This document shows, piece after piece, positions 9,393 through 22,995 of a stretch of DNA of 64,000 nt (within the stretch, counting starts at the first letter, position 1; each line of letters opens with the position of its first letter). The DNA is from Spirochaetota bacterium (GTDB taxonomy: Bacteria; Spirochaetota; UBA12135; COTS27; CBDBHE01): positions 608,001-672,000 of the forward strand of contig CBDBHE010000007.1 of the NCBI GenBank assembly GCA_965205605.1. Reading direction: 5' to 3'. Below the pieces are notes generated by a model, which saw only the letters and a list, made by a program, of their open reading frames with translations, was not told the DNA's origin and ran no database searches. A program made the position numbers and the translations under genes.

Positions 9393-10322
9393 TTATTTTA
9401 ATAAAACATCAGGAAGTTTGAAAAAAACATTTTCTCGATTTTCTTGATGATCTTCTACTGCACTAACGTTAAAATTTTCTTGAGTCCAATCAATGAGATC
9501 TTTTAATAAGTGGTCAGGTGCTGAGGCCCCTGAAGAAAAACCAACTGTTTGTACTTTATCAAACCATTCTTTTTTAACATCTTCATAGGTATCGATTAGA
9601 TAAGAAGAGATTTTTTTTGAAAGACCTAATTCTCTCAGTCGATTGGAATTAGAGCTATTTTGCGACCCAATAATAATTAATAAGTCAATTTTGTCGGTCA
9701 TTTCTAAGACAGCTTTTTGTCGATTGGTTGTTGCGTAACAAATATCCCCTTGACTGGGACCTTGAATATGAGGGAATTTTGCTTTTAGAGCGTCAATGAT
9801 ATTTTTTGTTTCGTAAATCGAAAGAGTAGTTTGAGTGGTATAAGCAATTTGCTTTTGAGAAGAAAAGTTTAGTTTCTCAACATCTTTGACTGTTTGCACC
9901 AAAGTAATTTTATCTTTTTTTAATTGCCCCATCGTCCCTTCTACTTCGGGGTGATTTTTGTGCCCAATGAGAATGGTATGGATTTTTTTTTTATCGAAAC
10001 GTTCAATAGATTTATGGACTTTTTTGACCAAAGGACATGTTGCATCAATTTGAATGAGCTTTTTTTCACTCGATTCAGTATAAATTAATTTACTAACTCC
10101 GTGAGCTGAAAAAATAACAATAGCTCCTTTTGGGATCTTTGTAATCTCTTCAACAAAGATAACGCCTTTTTTTTTAAGATCTTCAACAACGAATCGATTG
10201 TGTACGATTTCATGCTTAACATAAATGGGAGGGCCATATTTCAGTAGTGCTTTTTCGACAATTAAAATAGCTCTTTCAACACCAGCACAAAAGCCTCTAG
10301 GATTTGCTAAAATGATTTTCAT
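9393..10322 (-). CDS. ispH: 4-hydroxy-3-methylbut-2-enyl diphosphate reductase
   Basis: PRGFCAGV, IVHN, SAHGV, DATCPLV, HPEVEG, QTTLS, DICYATTNRQ, SSNS. Confidence 0.97.
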   Translation of the reverse strand: MKIILANPRGFCAGVERAILIVEKALLKYGPPIYVKHEIVHNRFVVEDLKKKGVIFVEEITKIPKGAIVIFSAHGVSKLIYTESSEKKLIQIDATCPLVKKVHKSIERFDKKKIHTILIGHKNHPEVEGTMGQLKKDKITLVQTVKDVEKLNFSSQKQIAYTTQTTLSIYETKNIIDALKAKFPHIQGPSQGDICYATTNRQKAVLEMTDKIDLLIIIGSQNSSNSNRLRELGLSKKISSYLIDTYEDVKKEWFDKVQTVGFSSGASAPDHLLKDLIDWTQENFNVSAVEDHQENRENVFFKLPDVLLK

Positions 10323-10401
10323 TTTTTACTTGATTTACTTGAGATAGATCATTAATTAATTATATCATTTAAACATAAATGTTAAAAAAAATTAAAATCA
10401 A

Positions 10402-10821
10402 ATGAATCTTTTTATCAAAATTATTATTAAAAAAATCGAATTTTTTATTCGTTTTAAAATCTTAGATTTAACAAGTCGTCAAAAATTAACACTTCTAGTT
10501 TTAGTCTTTCTTTTTTTTTGTTGCTTGTTTTTGTTAATGCTTGTCATCTCGTTATCTGAAAAAAAAGAAAATGATAATAAAAAAAAAGAAAAAAAAATGA
10601 CTCTTTCTAAAACAAAAGTTAAAAATATCAAGTTAAATAATTATTACTTATATTTAAACGATGATTATTATACTCAAGAAGACTTAGAGTATATTATTAA
10701 ACCAGAAAAACTAGAGCCAGGTAACCAAGAAGCTATTTTCATCGATATTCTTAAAAAAAATAAAATTTTTAATAATATCGATGAGCTTATTCAAATAGAA
10801 CTTAACAAAGTGGCCCGTTAA
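10402..10821 (+). CDS. Hypothetical single-pass membrane protein
   Basis: 139 aa, one hydrophobic helix then a charged domain; fills the gap between ispH and clpC. Confidence 0.6.
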   Translation: MNLFIKIIIKKIEFFIRFKILDLTSRQKLTLLVLVFLFFCCLFLLMLVISLSEKKENDNKKKEKKMTLSKTKVKNIKLNNYYLYLNDDYYTQEDLEYIIKPEKLEPGNQEAIFIDILKKNKIFNNIDELIQIELNKVAR

Positions 10822-10822
10822 A

Positions 10823-13315
10823 TTAAGTTAATTTGTTTTCGTTAGTTTTTTTCTTCTTTTTAGGGGTTTCTTGAGTTTCAGGTTTGAGGATCTCAACATT
10901 AATGGTTTTATTATTTTTTAAACTAAGTTTAAAAGTTTGACCTGGTTTTATTTTTTCTTCTAATAAATAAGAAGCAAGTTTATCTTCAACTTCTGCTTGA
11001 ATGGCTCTTCTAAGAGGTCTAGCACCATATTGTTTATTGTATCCCTTTTTGACAAGATATTCTTTAACATTTTGATCAATTTGAAGTTGAATTTTTTGAT
11101 CTTTTAAATTGAGTTTTAGCTCATCTAGAAAAATATCCAATACCTTAATCACCTCTTTTTCTGAAAGAGGGTTAAAAATAATAATGTCATCAATACGGTT
11201 AATAAACTCAGGATTAAATTTTTTCTTCAGTTCAGCCATGGCTACTTTTTTGTAATAAGTCTGACCTTCTTTAGAATACGAATGAGGCTGAAACCCTAAA
11301 CTAGAGCCGTGAATCATTTCTTTCCCTCCTAAATTAGAAGTCATGATGATAATCGTATTTGTAAAATCGACTTTATGCCCTAATTGATCATTTAAATAAC
11401 CATCTTCTAAAACTTGCAACAACATGTTAAAGATTTCTGAATGAGCTTTTTCGATTTCATCAAATAAAATAACACAATAAGGATTTTGTCTTATTTTTCC
11501 AGTTAATTCGCCGCCTTCTTCATAGCCTACATAACCGGGAGGAGAGCCGATTAATCTTGAAGCATTGTGTTTTTCCATAAACTCTGACATATCAATTCGT
11601 ATAAGGGCGTCTTCAGATCCAAAAATAAATTGAGCGAGTATTTTTGCAAGCTTGGTTTTCCCTACTCCTGTGGGCCCTAGAAAAATAAAAGAACCCGCTG
11701 GTTTTTTATTACTTCTAATGCCTGAACGAGAACTTCTAAATATTTTTGAGATATTTTCAATCGCTTCATTTTGACCAATAAGTTCTTTTTGGAGATTTTT
11801 TTCCATATTAATGAGGCGCTTCTTTTCTTCTTTTTCTAAATAAATAGTTGGTATTTTAGTAATTTCACTAATCGTTTCAGCAATGTTAGCTGGGGTAATT
11901 TTGAAAGCTTTTGATTTTTTTGATTTTTCCCATGTATCTAAGGTTTCTTTTAGGGCTTCTTTTTTAGATTGGATTTTGTCTCTAACGATCGCTGCTTTTT
12001 CAAATTCTTGATTTTTAACAACATTGGTTTTTTCTTTTGTTAATTGTTCGATTTCCAGTTCCATTTCCTTTAAATAATTAGGGCGATTGCAGTTAAGTAA
12101 TCTTGCTTTGGCCCCGACTTCATCTAAGATATCAATGGCAGTATCTGGAAGAAATTTTTCTGTAAGATATCTTTTAGCAAATTTAACCGTTGCTTCAATT
12201 GTTTCTAAAGGATATTTGACATTATGATAAGATTCGTATTTTTCTTTTAAACCTTTTAAAATTTCAATGGTTGTTGAAACACTAGGTTCTTCAACGGTAA
12301 TTTTTTGAAATCGCCTGACTAAAGCAGTGTCTCTTTCGATATAACGCTTGTATTCTTTTAAAGTTGTTGAACCAATACATTGCAATTCTCCACGACTAAG
12401 AGAAGGTTTTAAAATATTGGCAGCATCCATAGCTCCTTCGGCACCACCAGCCCCTATAAGAGTGTGGACTTCATCAATAAAAAGGATGATGTCTTTAGCT
12501 CGTTTAATTTCAAGCATAATATTTTTAAATCGTTCTTCAAATTCACCTCGATACTTTGTTCCCGCCACACATGCAGCTAAGTCTAAAACAACCACTCGTT
12601 TATTGAAAAGTAAATAAGGGGTTTCTTTTTTAAAGATTTTAGTGGCCAGTCCTTCAACGATGGCTGATTTTCCAACTCCTGGTTCTCCAATTAAAATAGG
12701 GTTGTTTTTTGTTCGACGGGATAAAATTTGGATTAATCGATTTATTTCTTTTTTTCGACCAATGACAGGGTCTAATTGATCTTCTTGAGCTAGTTTTGTT
12801 AAGTCTCTACTAAAATTATCTGTTGTTGGAGTTTTAACAACCTTTTCATCATTAAAAAACTCTCCTTTTGGGAGCATCCCAAACCCTAAAATATTAACGG
12901 TAATACGTCTTAATTGAGATAAATTAACATTACGAGATTCTAAAGTATTATAAATAGTGCTTTCTTCTCGATAGATTCCTAGTAGGAGGTGTTCTGTTCC
13001 GATGTAATGATGGCCTAAAACTTTTGCTTCTTCAGCACTAAGAGTTAAGATTTTTTGAACTCGATCAGAAGGTTGGATTTCTCCTAATAATAAAGTGTTG
13101 GTAGAAGATTTTAAAATATTACTCACTTCATATTTAATTTTTTCAACATCAATATTTAATTTTTGTAATACTTTTACAGCAATACTTTCATTTTCTCTAA
13201 GTAACCCTAAAAAAATGTGTTCTGGTTGAATTTTGTCAGAATTAAAATTTTTTGCTTCTTCTTGAGCATATTGATTAATTACTTTTTGTGCTTTCGCTGT
13301 TAGACCACTAAACAT
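10823..13315 (-). CDS. clpC: ATP-dependent Clp protease ATP-binding subunit ClpC
   Basis: Clp-N repeats, two AAA modules ([16 protein letters not shown]), UVR domain ([11 protein letters not shown]), [12 protein letters not shown] ClpP-binding loop; GGAGG SD. Confidence 0.94.
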   Translation of the reverse strand: MFSGLTAKAQKVINQYAQEEAKNFNSDKIQPEHIFLGLLRENESIAVKVLQKLNIDVEKIKYEVSNILKSSTNTLLLGEIQPSDRVQKILTLSAEEAKVLGHHYIGTEHLLLGIYREESTIYNTLESRNVNLSQLRRITVNILGFGMLPKGEFFNDEKVVKTPTTDNFSRDLTKLAQEDQLDPVIGRKKEINRLIQILSRRTKNNPILIGEPGVGKSAIVEGLATKIFKKETPYLLFNKRVVVLDLAACVAGTKYRGEFEERFKNIMLEIKRAKDIILFIDEVHTLIGAGGAEGAMDAANILKPSLSRGELQCIGSTTLKEYKRYIERDTALVRRFQKITVEEPSVSTTIEILKGLKEKYESYHNVKYPLETIEATVKFAKRYLTEKFLPDTAIDILDEVGAKARLLNCNRPNYLKEMELEIEQLTKEKTNVVKNQEFEKAAIVRDKIQSKKEALKETLDTWEKSKKSKAFKITPANIAETISEITKIPTIYLEKEEKKRLINMEKNLQKELIGQNEAIENISKIFRSSRSGIRSNKKPAGSFIFLGPTGVGKTKLAKILAQFIFGSEDALIRIDMSEFMEKHNASRLIGSPPGYVGYEEGGELTGKIRQNPYCVILFDEIEKAHSEIFNMLLQVLEDGYLNDQLGHKVDFTNTIIIMTSNLGGKEMIHGSSLGFQPHSYSKEGQTYYKKVAMAELKKKFNPEFINRIDDIIIFNPLSEKEVIKVLDIFLDELKLNLKDQKIQLQIDQNVKEYLVKKGYNKQYGARPLRRAIQAEVEDKLASYLLEEKIKPGQTFKLSLKNNKTINVEILKPETQETPKKKKKTNENKLT

Positions 13316-13597
13316 TTTTTAAATAAGCCTCCACTTTTATAAAATTTAGAAGGAAATAAATAGATGAATAGTCATGTACTATTACCTAATTATATCTTAT
13401 ATTATCTTACTTATTTTAATTTTAATATAATGTTTTTTATTGAATAAGTAAAATAATTTAATTTTTTTTTTAAAACTTTTAAATAAGTTTTTGATTTCAA
13501 AACCCACTTAATTAAAGTTTTTTTTTGAAAAGAGATTTGATTTTTAAAATAAATGATGTTAGTTTAACGTTTATAAATATTTTAAGGAGTAAAAGAG

Positions 13598-15145
13598 ATG
13601 AAATTGAATTTGATTGATATTATTTTTTTTATTAGTTTTATTATATTAGTTGTGGTGATTTCTATGGTTGCATCAAGGAAAAAGAAAACGTCTTCATCGG
13701 ATTATTTTTTAGCTGGGAGAGGGCTTACTTGGTGGTTGATAGCGTTTTCGTTAATTGCTTCTAATATATCAACAGAGCATTTTGTTGGGATGGCGGGAGC
13801 TGGTTTTGGGGAAGCGGGACTTGCGATAGCAAGCTATGAGTGGATTGCGGCGGTGACGCTTGTGTTTGTGGCATTATTTTTGCTTCCTTTTTTCTTGAGG
13901 CTAGGGATTTATACGATGCCGGAGTTTTTGGAGCATCGCTATGGGCCTCAGTCAAGGATGATTATGGCGATTTTTATGATTATTGCATATGTGGGAGTGG
14001 CGATGGTGGCCGTCATTTACTCAGGAGCGATTGGTTTAAAAACGATTTTTGGTCTTGATTTAAGGTATGGAATTTGGATGATTGGTATTTTATCAGGGAT
14101 TTATACGATTTATGGGGGGCTTAAGGCGGTTGTTTGGTCGGACTTGATCCAAGGATCTACTTTATTAATAGGGGGTTTATTTGTGACGCTTATTGCTCTT
14201 TCAAAAGTGGGAGGATTAGATGTTTTTTTAACAGAAAGTGCAGATAAACTGCATACGATTTTACCAGCGGACCATTCAGAGATTCCTTTTACGGCTCTTT
14301 TTTTAGGGATTTGGATTCCCAATTTATTTTACTGGGGGTTTAATCAGTTTATTACTCAAAGGACTTTAGGGGCTAAAAGTATTAAAGAAGGACAAATAGG
14401 AATTATTGTGGCTGCTCTTATAAAGCTAGTGATTCCTTTTATTATTGTTTTTCCTGGAATTATTGCGTATCAACTTTATGCTTCAGAGATTCCTAGTGGA
14501 GATCAAGCATACCCTTTTTTAATTAAAAAATTATTACCCATTGGTTTTAGAGGATTGATGTTTGCGGCATTGTTTGGAGCGATTATGAGTAGTTTGGACT
14601 CGATGTTAAACTCAGCGTCTACGATTTTCACGATTGATATTTATAAGAAGCATTTAAACAAAAAAGCAGAATCTAAGAGATTAGTAAAAATAGGGCGTAT
14701 TTCGACAGCTATTTTAGCTATCATGGCTTGTATTTTAGGCCCTTTACCAGAAATTTTAGGAGAAGGTGTTTTTAATTATATTCAAAAAATTTGGGGGTTT
14801 ATTTCTCCTGGAATTGTAGTTGTTTTTATTTTTGGTTTTATTTTTAGAAGAGCTCCTCAAATGGCAGCTAATATTGTGATGATAGCAGGTATTTTTGTGT
14901 ATGCTGTTTTACTTTATAGTTTTCCAAAGGTTGCTTTTTTAAATCATATGGCATTTACCTTTATTGTGCTTGTGATGATTATGGGTATTGTCACCATGAT
15001 CAAACCACTTAAAAAACCGGCGACTTTTAGTGATAAAAACCAGCTTAAAGGAGAAGAGATTGATTTATCGACAAGTCTTTTGGCAAAAATTTTAGGGGGC
15101 GTGGTTGTTATTTTAACGATTATGCTTTACGTGTATTTTAGATAA
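13598..15145 (+). CDS. Sodium:solute symporter (SSS family, SGLT-like sugar transporter)
   Basis: YFLAGR, ASNISTEHFVGMAG, YTMPEFLEHRY, YTIYGGLKAVVWSD, YWGFNQFITQR, AIMSSLDSMLNS; many TM helices; AAGGAG SD. Confidence 0.92.
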   Translation: MKLNLIDIIFFISFIILVVVISMVASRKKKTSSSDYFLAGRGLTWWLIAFSLIASNISTEHFVGMAGAGFGEAGLAIASYEWIAAVTLVFVALFLLPFFLRLGIYTMPEFLEHRYGPQSRMIMAIFMIIAYVGVAMVAVIYSGAIGLKTIFGLDLRYGIWMIGILSGIYTIYGGLKAVVWSDLIQGSTLLIGGLFVTLIALSKVGGLDVFLTESADKLHTILPADHSEIPFTALFLGIWIPNLFYWGFNQFITQRTLGAKSIKEGQIGIIVAALIKLVIPFIIVFPGIIAYQLYASEIPSGDQAYPFLIKKLLPIGFRGLMFAALFGAIMSSLDSMLNSASTIFTIDIYKKHLNKKAESKRLVKIGRISTAILAIMACILGPLPEILGEGVFNYIQKIWGFISPGIVVVFIFGFIFRRAPQMAANIVMIAGIFVYAVLLYSFPKVAFLNHMAFTFIVLVMIMGIVTMIKPLKKPATFSDKNQLKGEEIDLSTSLLAKILGGVVVILTIMLYVYFR

Positions 15146-15158
15146 TTTTTAATTTTAA

Positions 15159-18695
<3,537 letters not shown>

Positions 18696-18701
18696 AGTTA
18701 T

Positions 18702-19235
18702 TTATAAAAAATTGACATTAACGTAATGTTCAATTTTATAAATTAGTGAATCTTCTTTTCCTTTTTGGATCATTTTTTGCTTTTTAAATTGCTCTAAATA
18801 AGGGGGAAAAAATGTATCGCAATCAAAGGTATGTTGTACTTCTGTGATGTAGAGAGAATGGCAATTTGGGTGTGAAATTGCCATTTGATACACTTCACCT
18901 CCTCCAATAACAAATATTTGGTGAACGTTACTCTTATTTGTCAGTTGGTTTAAAGTAGATTGGAAATTAGAAAAAAAAGAAACTTCTTTTTCTTTTGGGT
19001 ATTTTTTTTTTGAAAGAATGATGTTGTCTCTTCCTTGCAAAGGTCTATAATTTTTAGGGATTGAAAAATAGGTTTTTCTTCCCATAATAACACTGTTTTT
19101 TTTACCTTTTGGGGCAAGTAAGGTGGTGTGTTTAAACCACTTGATATCTTCCCTTAATTTCCAAGGAAGTTTTCTCTTGAGGCTAATTCCTCTTTTTTTA
19201 TCTACAGCAACTATGATAGAAAAAAGAGGTTTCAT
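18702..19235 (-). CDS. folA: Dihydrofolate reductase
   Basis: IIVAVD..RGI...LPW, VIMGRKTY.SIP...RPL.GRDNIILS, FVIGGGEVY, CDTFFP. Confidence 0.96.
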   Translation of the reverse strand: MKPLFSIIVAVDKKRGISLKRKLPWKLREDIKWFKHTTLLAPKGKKNSVIMGRKTYFSIPKNYRPLQGRDNIILSKKKYPKEKEVSFFSNFQSTLNQLTNKSNVHQIFVIGGGEVYQMAISHPNCHSLYITEVQHTFDCDTFFPPYLEQFKKQKMIQKGKEDSLIYKIEHYVNVNFL

Positions 19236-19237
19236 GA

Positions 19238-20092
19238 TTAGATAGCAATAGGGAAACTAATTTTAGAGTGAGATTGATAATTTTTTAAGGTAGTTTGGGA
19301 ATGTTCCCATTTAAAGAGGCTGTTAAACTGCTTAGTGGTGATGGAGGGGAGTTTTAGAGGAGTGCGTAGGAGTTGTTGTTTGGCTTGTTTAATATGATTT
19401 TCATAAATATGCACATCGCTTAACATTCCAGTGACAGTCCCTTCTTTGAGCTTGGCTTCTTTTGCAAACAAATGTAAGAGAAGAGAATAAGAGGCCAAAT
19501 TAAATGGAATCCCCAGCATTAAATCACAGCTTCGTTGAAACCAATTGAGATGAAGGGTTTTGTTAATGACAATGAGATGAAACAAAATATGACAAGGAGG
19601 AAGAGCCATTAAATGAAGGTCATTTGGATTCCAGGCACTGACGATCATCCTTCTATCTGTAGGATTTTCTTTTAAGGTTTTGATGACTTGTTTGATTTGA
19701 TCAAAGCTTTTTTGAGGAGAAGATGAATGAGCCCCAAACTGTCTCCATTGGTATCCATAAATAGGCCCTAAATCAGTTTCTTCTAGTTGTTTTTTTTTTC
19801 TTTCTTTTTCACTCATTTTTTTTGTTAGATAAACAGGCGAGCACCATTCATCCCATATATGACACCCTCTCTCTTGTAACCATTTTTTATCAGTATAGCC
19901 TTTTATAAAGAATTCGAGTTCTACTTTAATACTTTTAAAAGCCATTTTTTTGGTGGTTAAAAGAGGGAAGCCTTCTTTTAGATGATGTTTTAAGCAAGTA
20001 CCTGTAATTGTTTTTGCTTTAATACCAGTTCGATTTTTTTTCCAAGAACCTTTTTTTAGAACGGTTTCAACTAATTCGAGATAATTTTTCAT
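19238..20092 (-). CDS. thyA: Thymidylate synthase
   Basis: NRTG, FPLLTTKK, IWDEW, LGPIYGYQWR, DRRMIVSAWNP, MALPPCH, QRSCDLMLGIPFN, DVHIYENH. Likely start ATG 20092 (MKNYL). Confidence 0.96.
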   Translation of the reverse strand: MKNYLELVETVLKKGSWKKNRTGIKAKTITGTCLKHHLKEGFPLLTTKKMAFKSIKVELEFFIKGYTDKKWLQERGCHIWDEWCSPVYLTKKMSEKERKKKQLEETDLGPIYGYQWRQFGAHSSSPQKSFDQIKQVIKTLKENPTDRRMIVSAWNPNDLHLMALPPCHILFHLIVINKTLHLNWFQRSCDLMLGIPFNLASYSLLLHLFAKEAKLKEGTVTGMLSDVHIYENHIKQAKQQLLRTPLKLPSITTKQFNSLFKWEHSQTTLKNYQSHSKISFPIAI

Positions 20093-20115
20093 AATTTTTT
20101 TTGATTGATTTAGCT

Positions 20116-20754
20116 TTAAGGAGAGAGTCGATAATAATGCCAATTTTTTTTTTTTTGATAAATAATTCTATCGTGCAGTCGATTTTCTCTACCTTGCCAA
20201 AATTCGATTAGATGGGGTTTTATAAGAAACCCTCCCCAAGATTCAGGTTTTGGAATGATGGGTTTATTTTTAAAAGTTTCCAATTGATTTTTAAAATCGA
20301 GCTCGAGTTTTTCTCTATTTTCTATTATTTGACTTTGTTTTGAAACAGTAATGGCTATTTGAGAAAGTCTAGGCCTCTTTTGATGGTAAGTATTGGAGAT
20401 TTTTTGACTTGTTTTTTGAGCGATTCCTAATATAATAATTTGCTTTTCTAAAGAGGGCCAATAAAAATTTAGTGAAACTTTATTGTTAAAATTAATTTGT
20501 TTTCCTTTTTGACTTTCATAATTAGTAAAAAATAAAAAAGCTTCTTTTTGATATCCTTTTAGTAAGATAATTCTTGAAAAAGGTTGATGGTTGTTATCAG
20601 TGGTTGAAAGGACAGTGGATTCGTAGTCTAAGATTTTTTCTTTTTTGGCTAGTTGAAACCACACATGAAAAAGTTTCATTGGATTTTTTGGGAGATCTTT
20701 TTCTTTTAAAGAATTTTTTTGATATTCTCTTCTTTTTTGAAACCAAAAAAACAT
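20116..20754 (-). CDS. pdxH: Pyridoxine/pyridoxamine 5'-phosphate oxidase
   Basis: SRIILLK, FFTNYESQKG, RPRLSQI, SKQS, WGGF, EFWQGRENRLHDR. Confidence 0.95.
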   Translation of the reverse strand: MFFWFQKRREYQKNSLKEKDLPKNPMKLFHVWFQLAKKEKILDYESTVLSTTDNNHQPFSRIILLKGYQKEAFLFFTNYESQKGKQINFNNKVSLNFYWPSLEKQIIILGIAQKTSQKISNTYHQKRPRLSQIAITVSKQSQIIENREKLELDFKNQLETFKNKPIIPKPESWGGFLIKPHLIEFWQGRENRLHDRIIYQKKKNWHYYRLSP

Positions 20755-20763
20755 GGTTTTTTT

Positions 20764-21714
20764 TTAAATGTTTAGAGCTTGAGGTTTGAGCCCTAAGGTT
20801 TTAAAAAGTTTTTGATCTTTTTGGCTTCCGAAGTTAGAAGTTGTTAGTAATTTTTCGCCTGAGAAAATAGAATTGACACCGGCTAAAAAAGAAAGAGTTT
20901 GAAGCTCGATGCTCATATTTTCTCTTCCAGCAGAAAGACGAAGGGTGGATTTTGGCATCAAAATACGAGCAGTTGCAATGGTGCGAATCATTTCAATGGG
21001 GTCAATAGGGTCGATGTTTTCAAGAGGAGTGCCTTTAATAGGGACCAATTGATTAATGGTAATGCTTTTTGGATGAGGTTTTTGAATGACTAATTGTCTT
21101 AAGAAAGAAATGCGATCTTCTTGGGATTCTCCCATTCCGAGGATGCCTCCGGTACAAACATAAATCCCTGCTTTTTTAACATGCTCAAGAGTTTCAAGTC
21201 TATCTGCATACGTCCTTGTTGTAACAATTTTTTCATAATACTCAGGAGAAGTGTCTAGATTGTGGTTGTAATAATCAAGTCCTACTTGCTTTAATTTTTT
21301 CGCTTGAGCTTCATCGAGCATGCCTAAAGTCACACAAGTTTCTAAGTTTAGCTTTTTAATTTCTTTGATCATTTTTAAAATCGTTTCAAAGTTATGGTCA
21401 TTTAAAATTTTTGTTCCAGAAGAACCCATACAAAATCGACTCGACCCATTTTTTTTAGCAAGTTTAGCTTGATTGAGCACTTCTTTAAGATTCATTAGCT
21501 TACTTGGTTTAATAGAAGTATTGTAATACTTACTTTGAGCACAATATTTACAATCTTCCTTACACCCTCCCGTTTTAATTGACAAGAGGGTAGATTTTTG
21601 AATGTGTTTACTAGAATGGTATTTACGGTGTTTTTTTTGAGCTAGAAAAATAAGGTCATTAATATTTTTAAGGTATATTTTTTTAATAAAATCTAAATGA
21701 TATTTTTGTTTCAT
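20764..21714 (-). CDS. bioB: Biotin synthase (radical SAM)
   Basis: SIKTGGCKEDCKYCAQS, RFCMG, CVTLGML, YNHNLDTS, GGILGMGE, RLSAGR, NSIFSGEKLLTT. Confidence 0.96.
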   Translation of the reverse strand: MKQKYHLDFIKKIYLKNINDLIFLAQKKHRKYHSSKHIQKSTLLSIKTGGCKEDCKYCAQSKYYNTSIKPSKLMNLKEVLNQAKLAKKNGSSRFCMGSSGTKILNDHNFETILKMIKEIKKLNLETCVTLGMLDEAQAKKLKQVGLDYYNHNLDTSPEYYEKIVTTRTYADRLETLEHVKKAGIYVCTGGILGMGESQEDRISFLRQLVIQKPHPKSITINQLVPIKGTPLENIDPIDPIEMIRTIATARILMPKSTLRLSAGRENMSIELQTLSFLAGVNSIFSGEKLLTTSNFGSQKDQKLFKTLGLKPQALNI

Positions 21715-21826
21715 GGGATCCTATAAAGATATTTTTAATTTTTTTTAAAAAAATTATTGTACCATCGAATAGAAAAAAAATTAGAAAGCTAAATGAAGAA
21801 ACTTATTTTAAAATAAAGACTTAAAG

Positions 21827-22984
21827 ATGAATTTAGAAAAATATAAAAAAAATGGCCTTTTTATCATTGCTGAAGCAGGGGTTTGCCATCTGGGAGATCT
21901 TGAGAAAGGGTATGAAATGATCGAAAAAGCAGCTAATTGTGGTGTCAGTGCGGTTAAATTTCAACATGTTTTAGCGGATGAAATTGTTCTCCCTTCGGTG
22001 GGGGAGATTGAATTTACTGCACGAAGAGTAAACTTATATCAAAAATTTAAACAAATGGAGGTTTCTTTTCATTTTTTAAATAAACTCAAAGATTATTGTG
22101 AAAAAAAAAATGTTTTATTTTTGTGTTCTTCTTTTGGGCCTAAAAGTACTCAAGACCTCACAAAAATGAACGTAGAAGCTTATAAAATAGCTTCTCCTGA
22201 GCTGAATTATTATCCTTTATGGAGGCAAATACTTTCTACTAAAAAACCAATTTTTTTTTCTACAGGCGTGAGTAAGCAAGTCGACATCGATCATTTAATG
22301 AGGCGTTTACTAGCAAAAAAGCCATTAAATCAACTTGTTCTTTTTCATTGCATTACCCGATACCCCGCTTTAGAAAAAGAATCTAATTTACTCGTTTTAC
22401 AAACCCTTAAACATCGTTATCATCTTTCCACAGGGATTTCAGACCATACTCAAGACCCTTACTTTATTCCTTTGCTTTCTTGTGCTTTAAAACAAAGTTT
22501 TAAACAAACTTTGTATTTAGAAAAACATTTTACTTTAGATAAAAATTCTGCTGGGCTTGATGATATCATTTCTGTAGACCCAAATGAACTAAAAGAGCTT
22601 TGCCTGCGACTTAAACAAATCGTTGATTACTTTAAAGAAAAAAAACCTTTGAAAAATCTTAATAAAGAAACAATTCTCCCCCATATGACTAAAGTGCTTC
22701 CTTATCAAGAAAGCCGTATTAAAGAAGCTTTGGGAAATGGTCTCAAGAAACTTGCTAATTGTGAAAAATCAAATTATCTTACTTCTAATAGGAGTCTTTT
22801 TTCGATTAAAAATCTTAGTAAAGGTGAAACTTTATCTTGGGATAAAGTTGCTTATTTTAGATCTGAAAAAAATTTATTACCTGGGCTTTCTCATTATTAT
22901 GATGCTTTTGTTTCGAAAATGAAGACCAAACAAGCTATTGAATGTAAACAAGCCATTCGTTTGGATAACGTTTCTTTTTTTTAA
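21827..22984 (+). CDS. N-acetylneuraminate synthase family protein (NeuB/PseI/SpsE-like) with C-terminal SAF/AFP-like domain
   Basis: IIAEAG..H.GD, AVKFQ, KIASPELN, STG, HCITRYP, GISDHT, EKHFTL, NRSL. Confidence 0.88.
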   Translation: MNLEKYKKNGLFIIAEAGVCHLGDLEKGYEMIEKAANCGVSAVKFQHVLADEIVLPSVGEIEFTARRVNLYQKFKQMEVSFHFLNKLKDYCEKKNVLFLCSSFGPKSTQDLTKMNVEAYKIASPELNYYPLWRQILSTKKPIFFSTGVSKQVDIDHLMRRLLAKKPLNQLVLFHCITRYPALEKESNLLVLQTLKHRYHLSTGISDHTQDPYFIPLLSCALKQSFKQTLYLEKHFTLDKNSAGLDDIISVDPNELKELCLRLKQIVDYFKEKKPLKNLNKETILPHMTKVLPYQESRIKEALGNGLKKLANCEKSNYLTSNRSLFSIKNLSKGETLSWDKVAYFRSEKNLLPGLSHYYDAFVSKMKTKQAIECKQAIRLDNVSFF

Positions 22985-22995
22985 AGAAAAAATCA

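Noticed and set aside
12348-12617. Antisense ORFs within conserved genes (also 14110..14322, 17288..17695, 26414..26686, 31694..31921, 46546..46800, 47987..48199, 50543..50894, 57044..57616, 62853..63113)
   Set aside because: Shadow ORFs reflecting codon bias of the real gene on the opposite strand
13558-13575. Possible LacI-family operator (TTAACGTTTA) upstream of the sugar symporter
   Set aside because: Only a 6-bp perfect core in very AT-rich DNA, and no LacI regulator in the window; too weak to call
13840-14058. 72-aa Cys/Gly/Asp-rich ORF that looks like a RiPP precursor or metallothionein
   Set aside because: Off-frame reading of the GTG/GCG/ATG-rich TM helices of the symporter; wholly nested, no maturation genes
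20093-20143. Apparent 28-nt pdxH/thyA overlap and N-terminal extension of ThyA
   Set aside because: ThyA similarity begins at MKNYL (ATG 20092); the extension is a longest-ORF artefact
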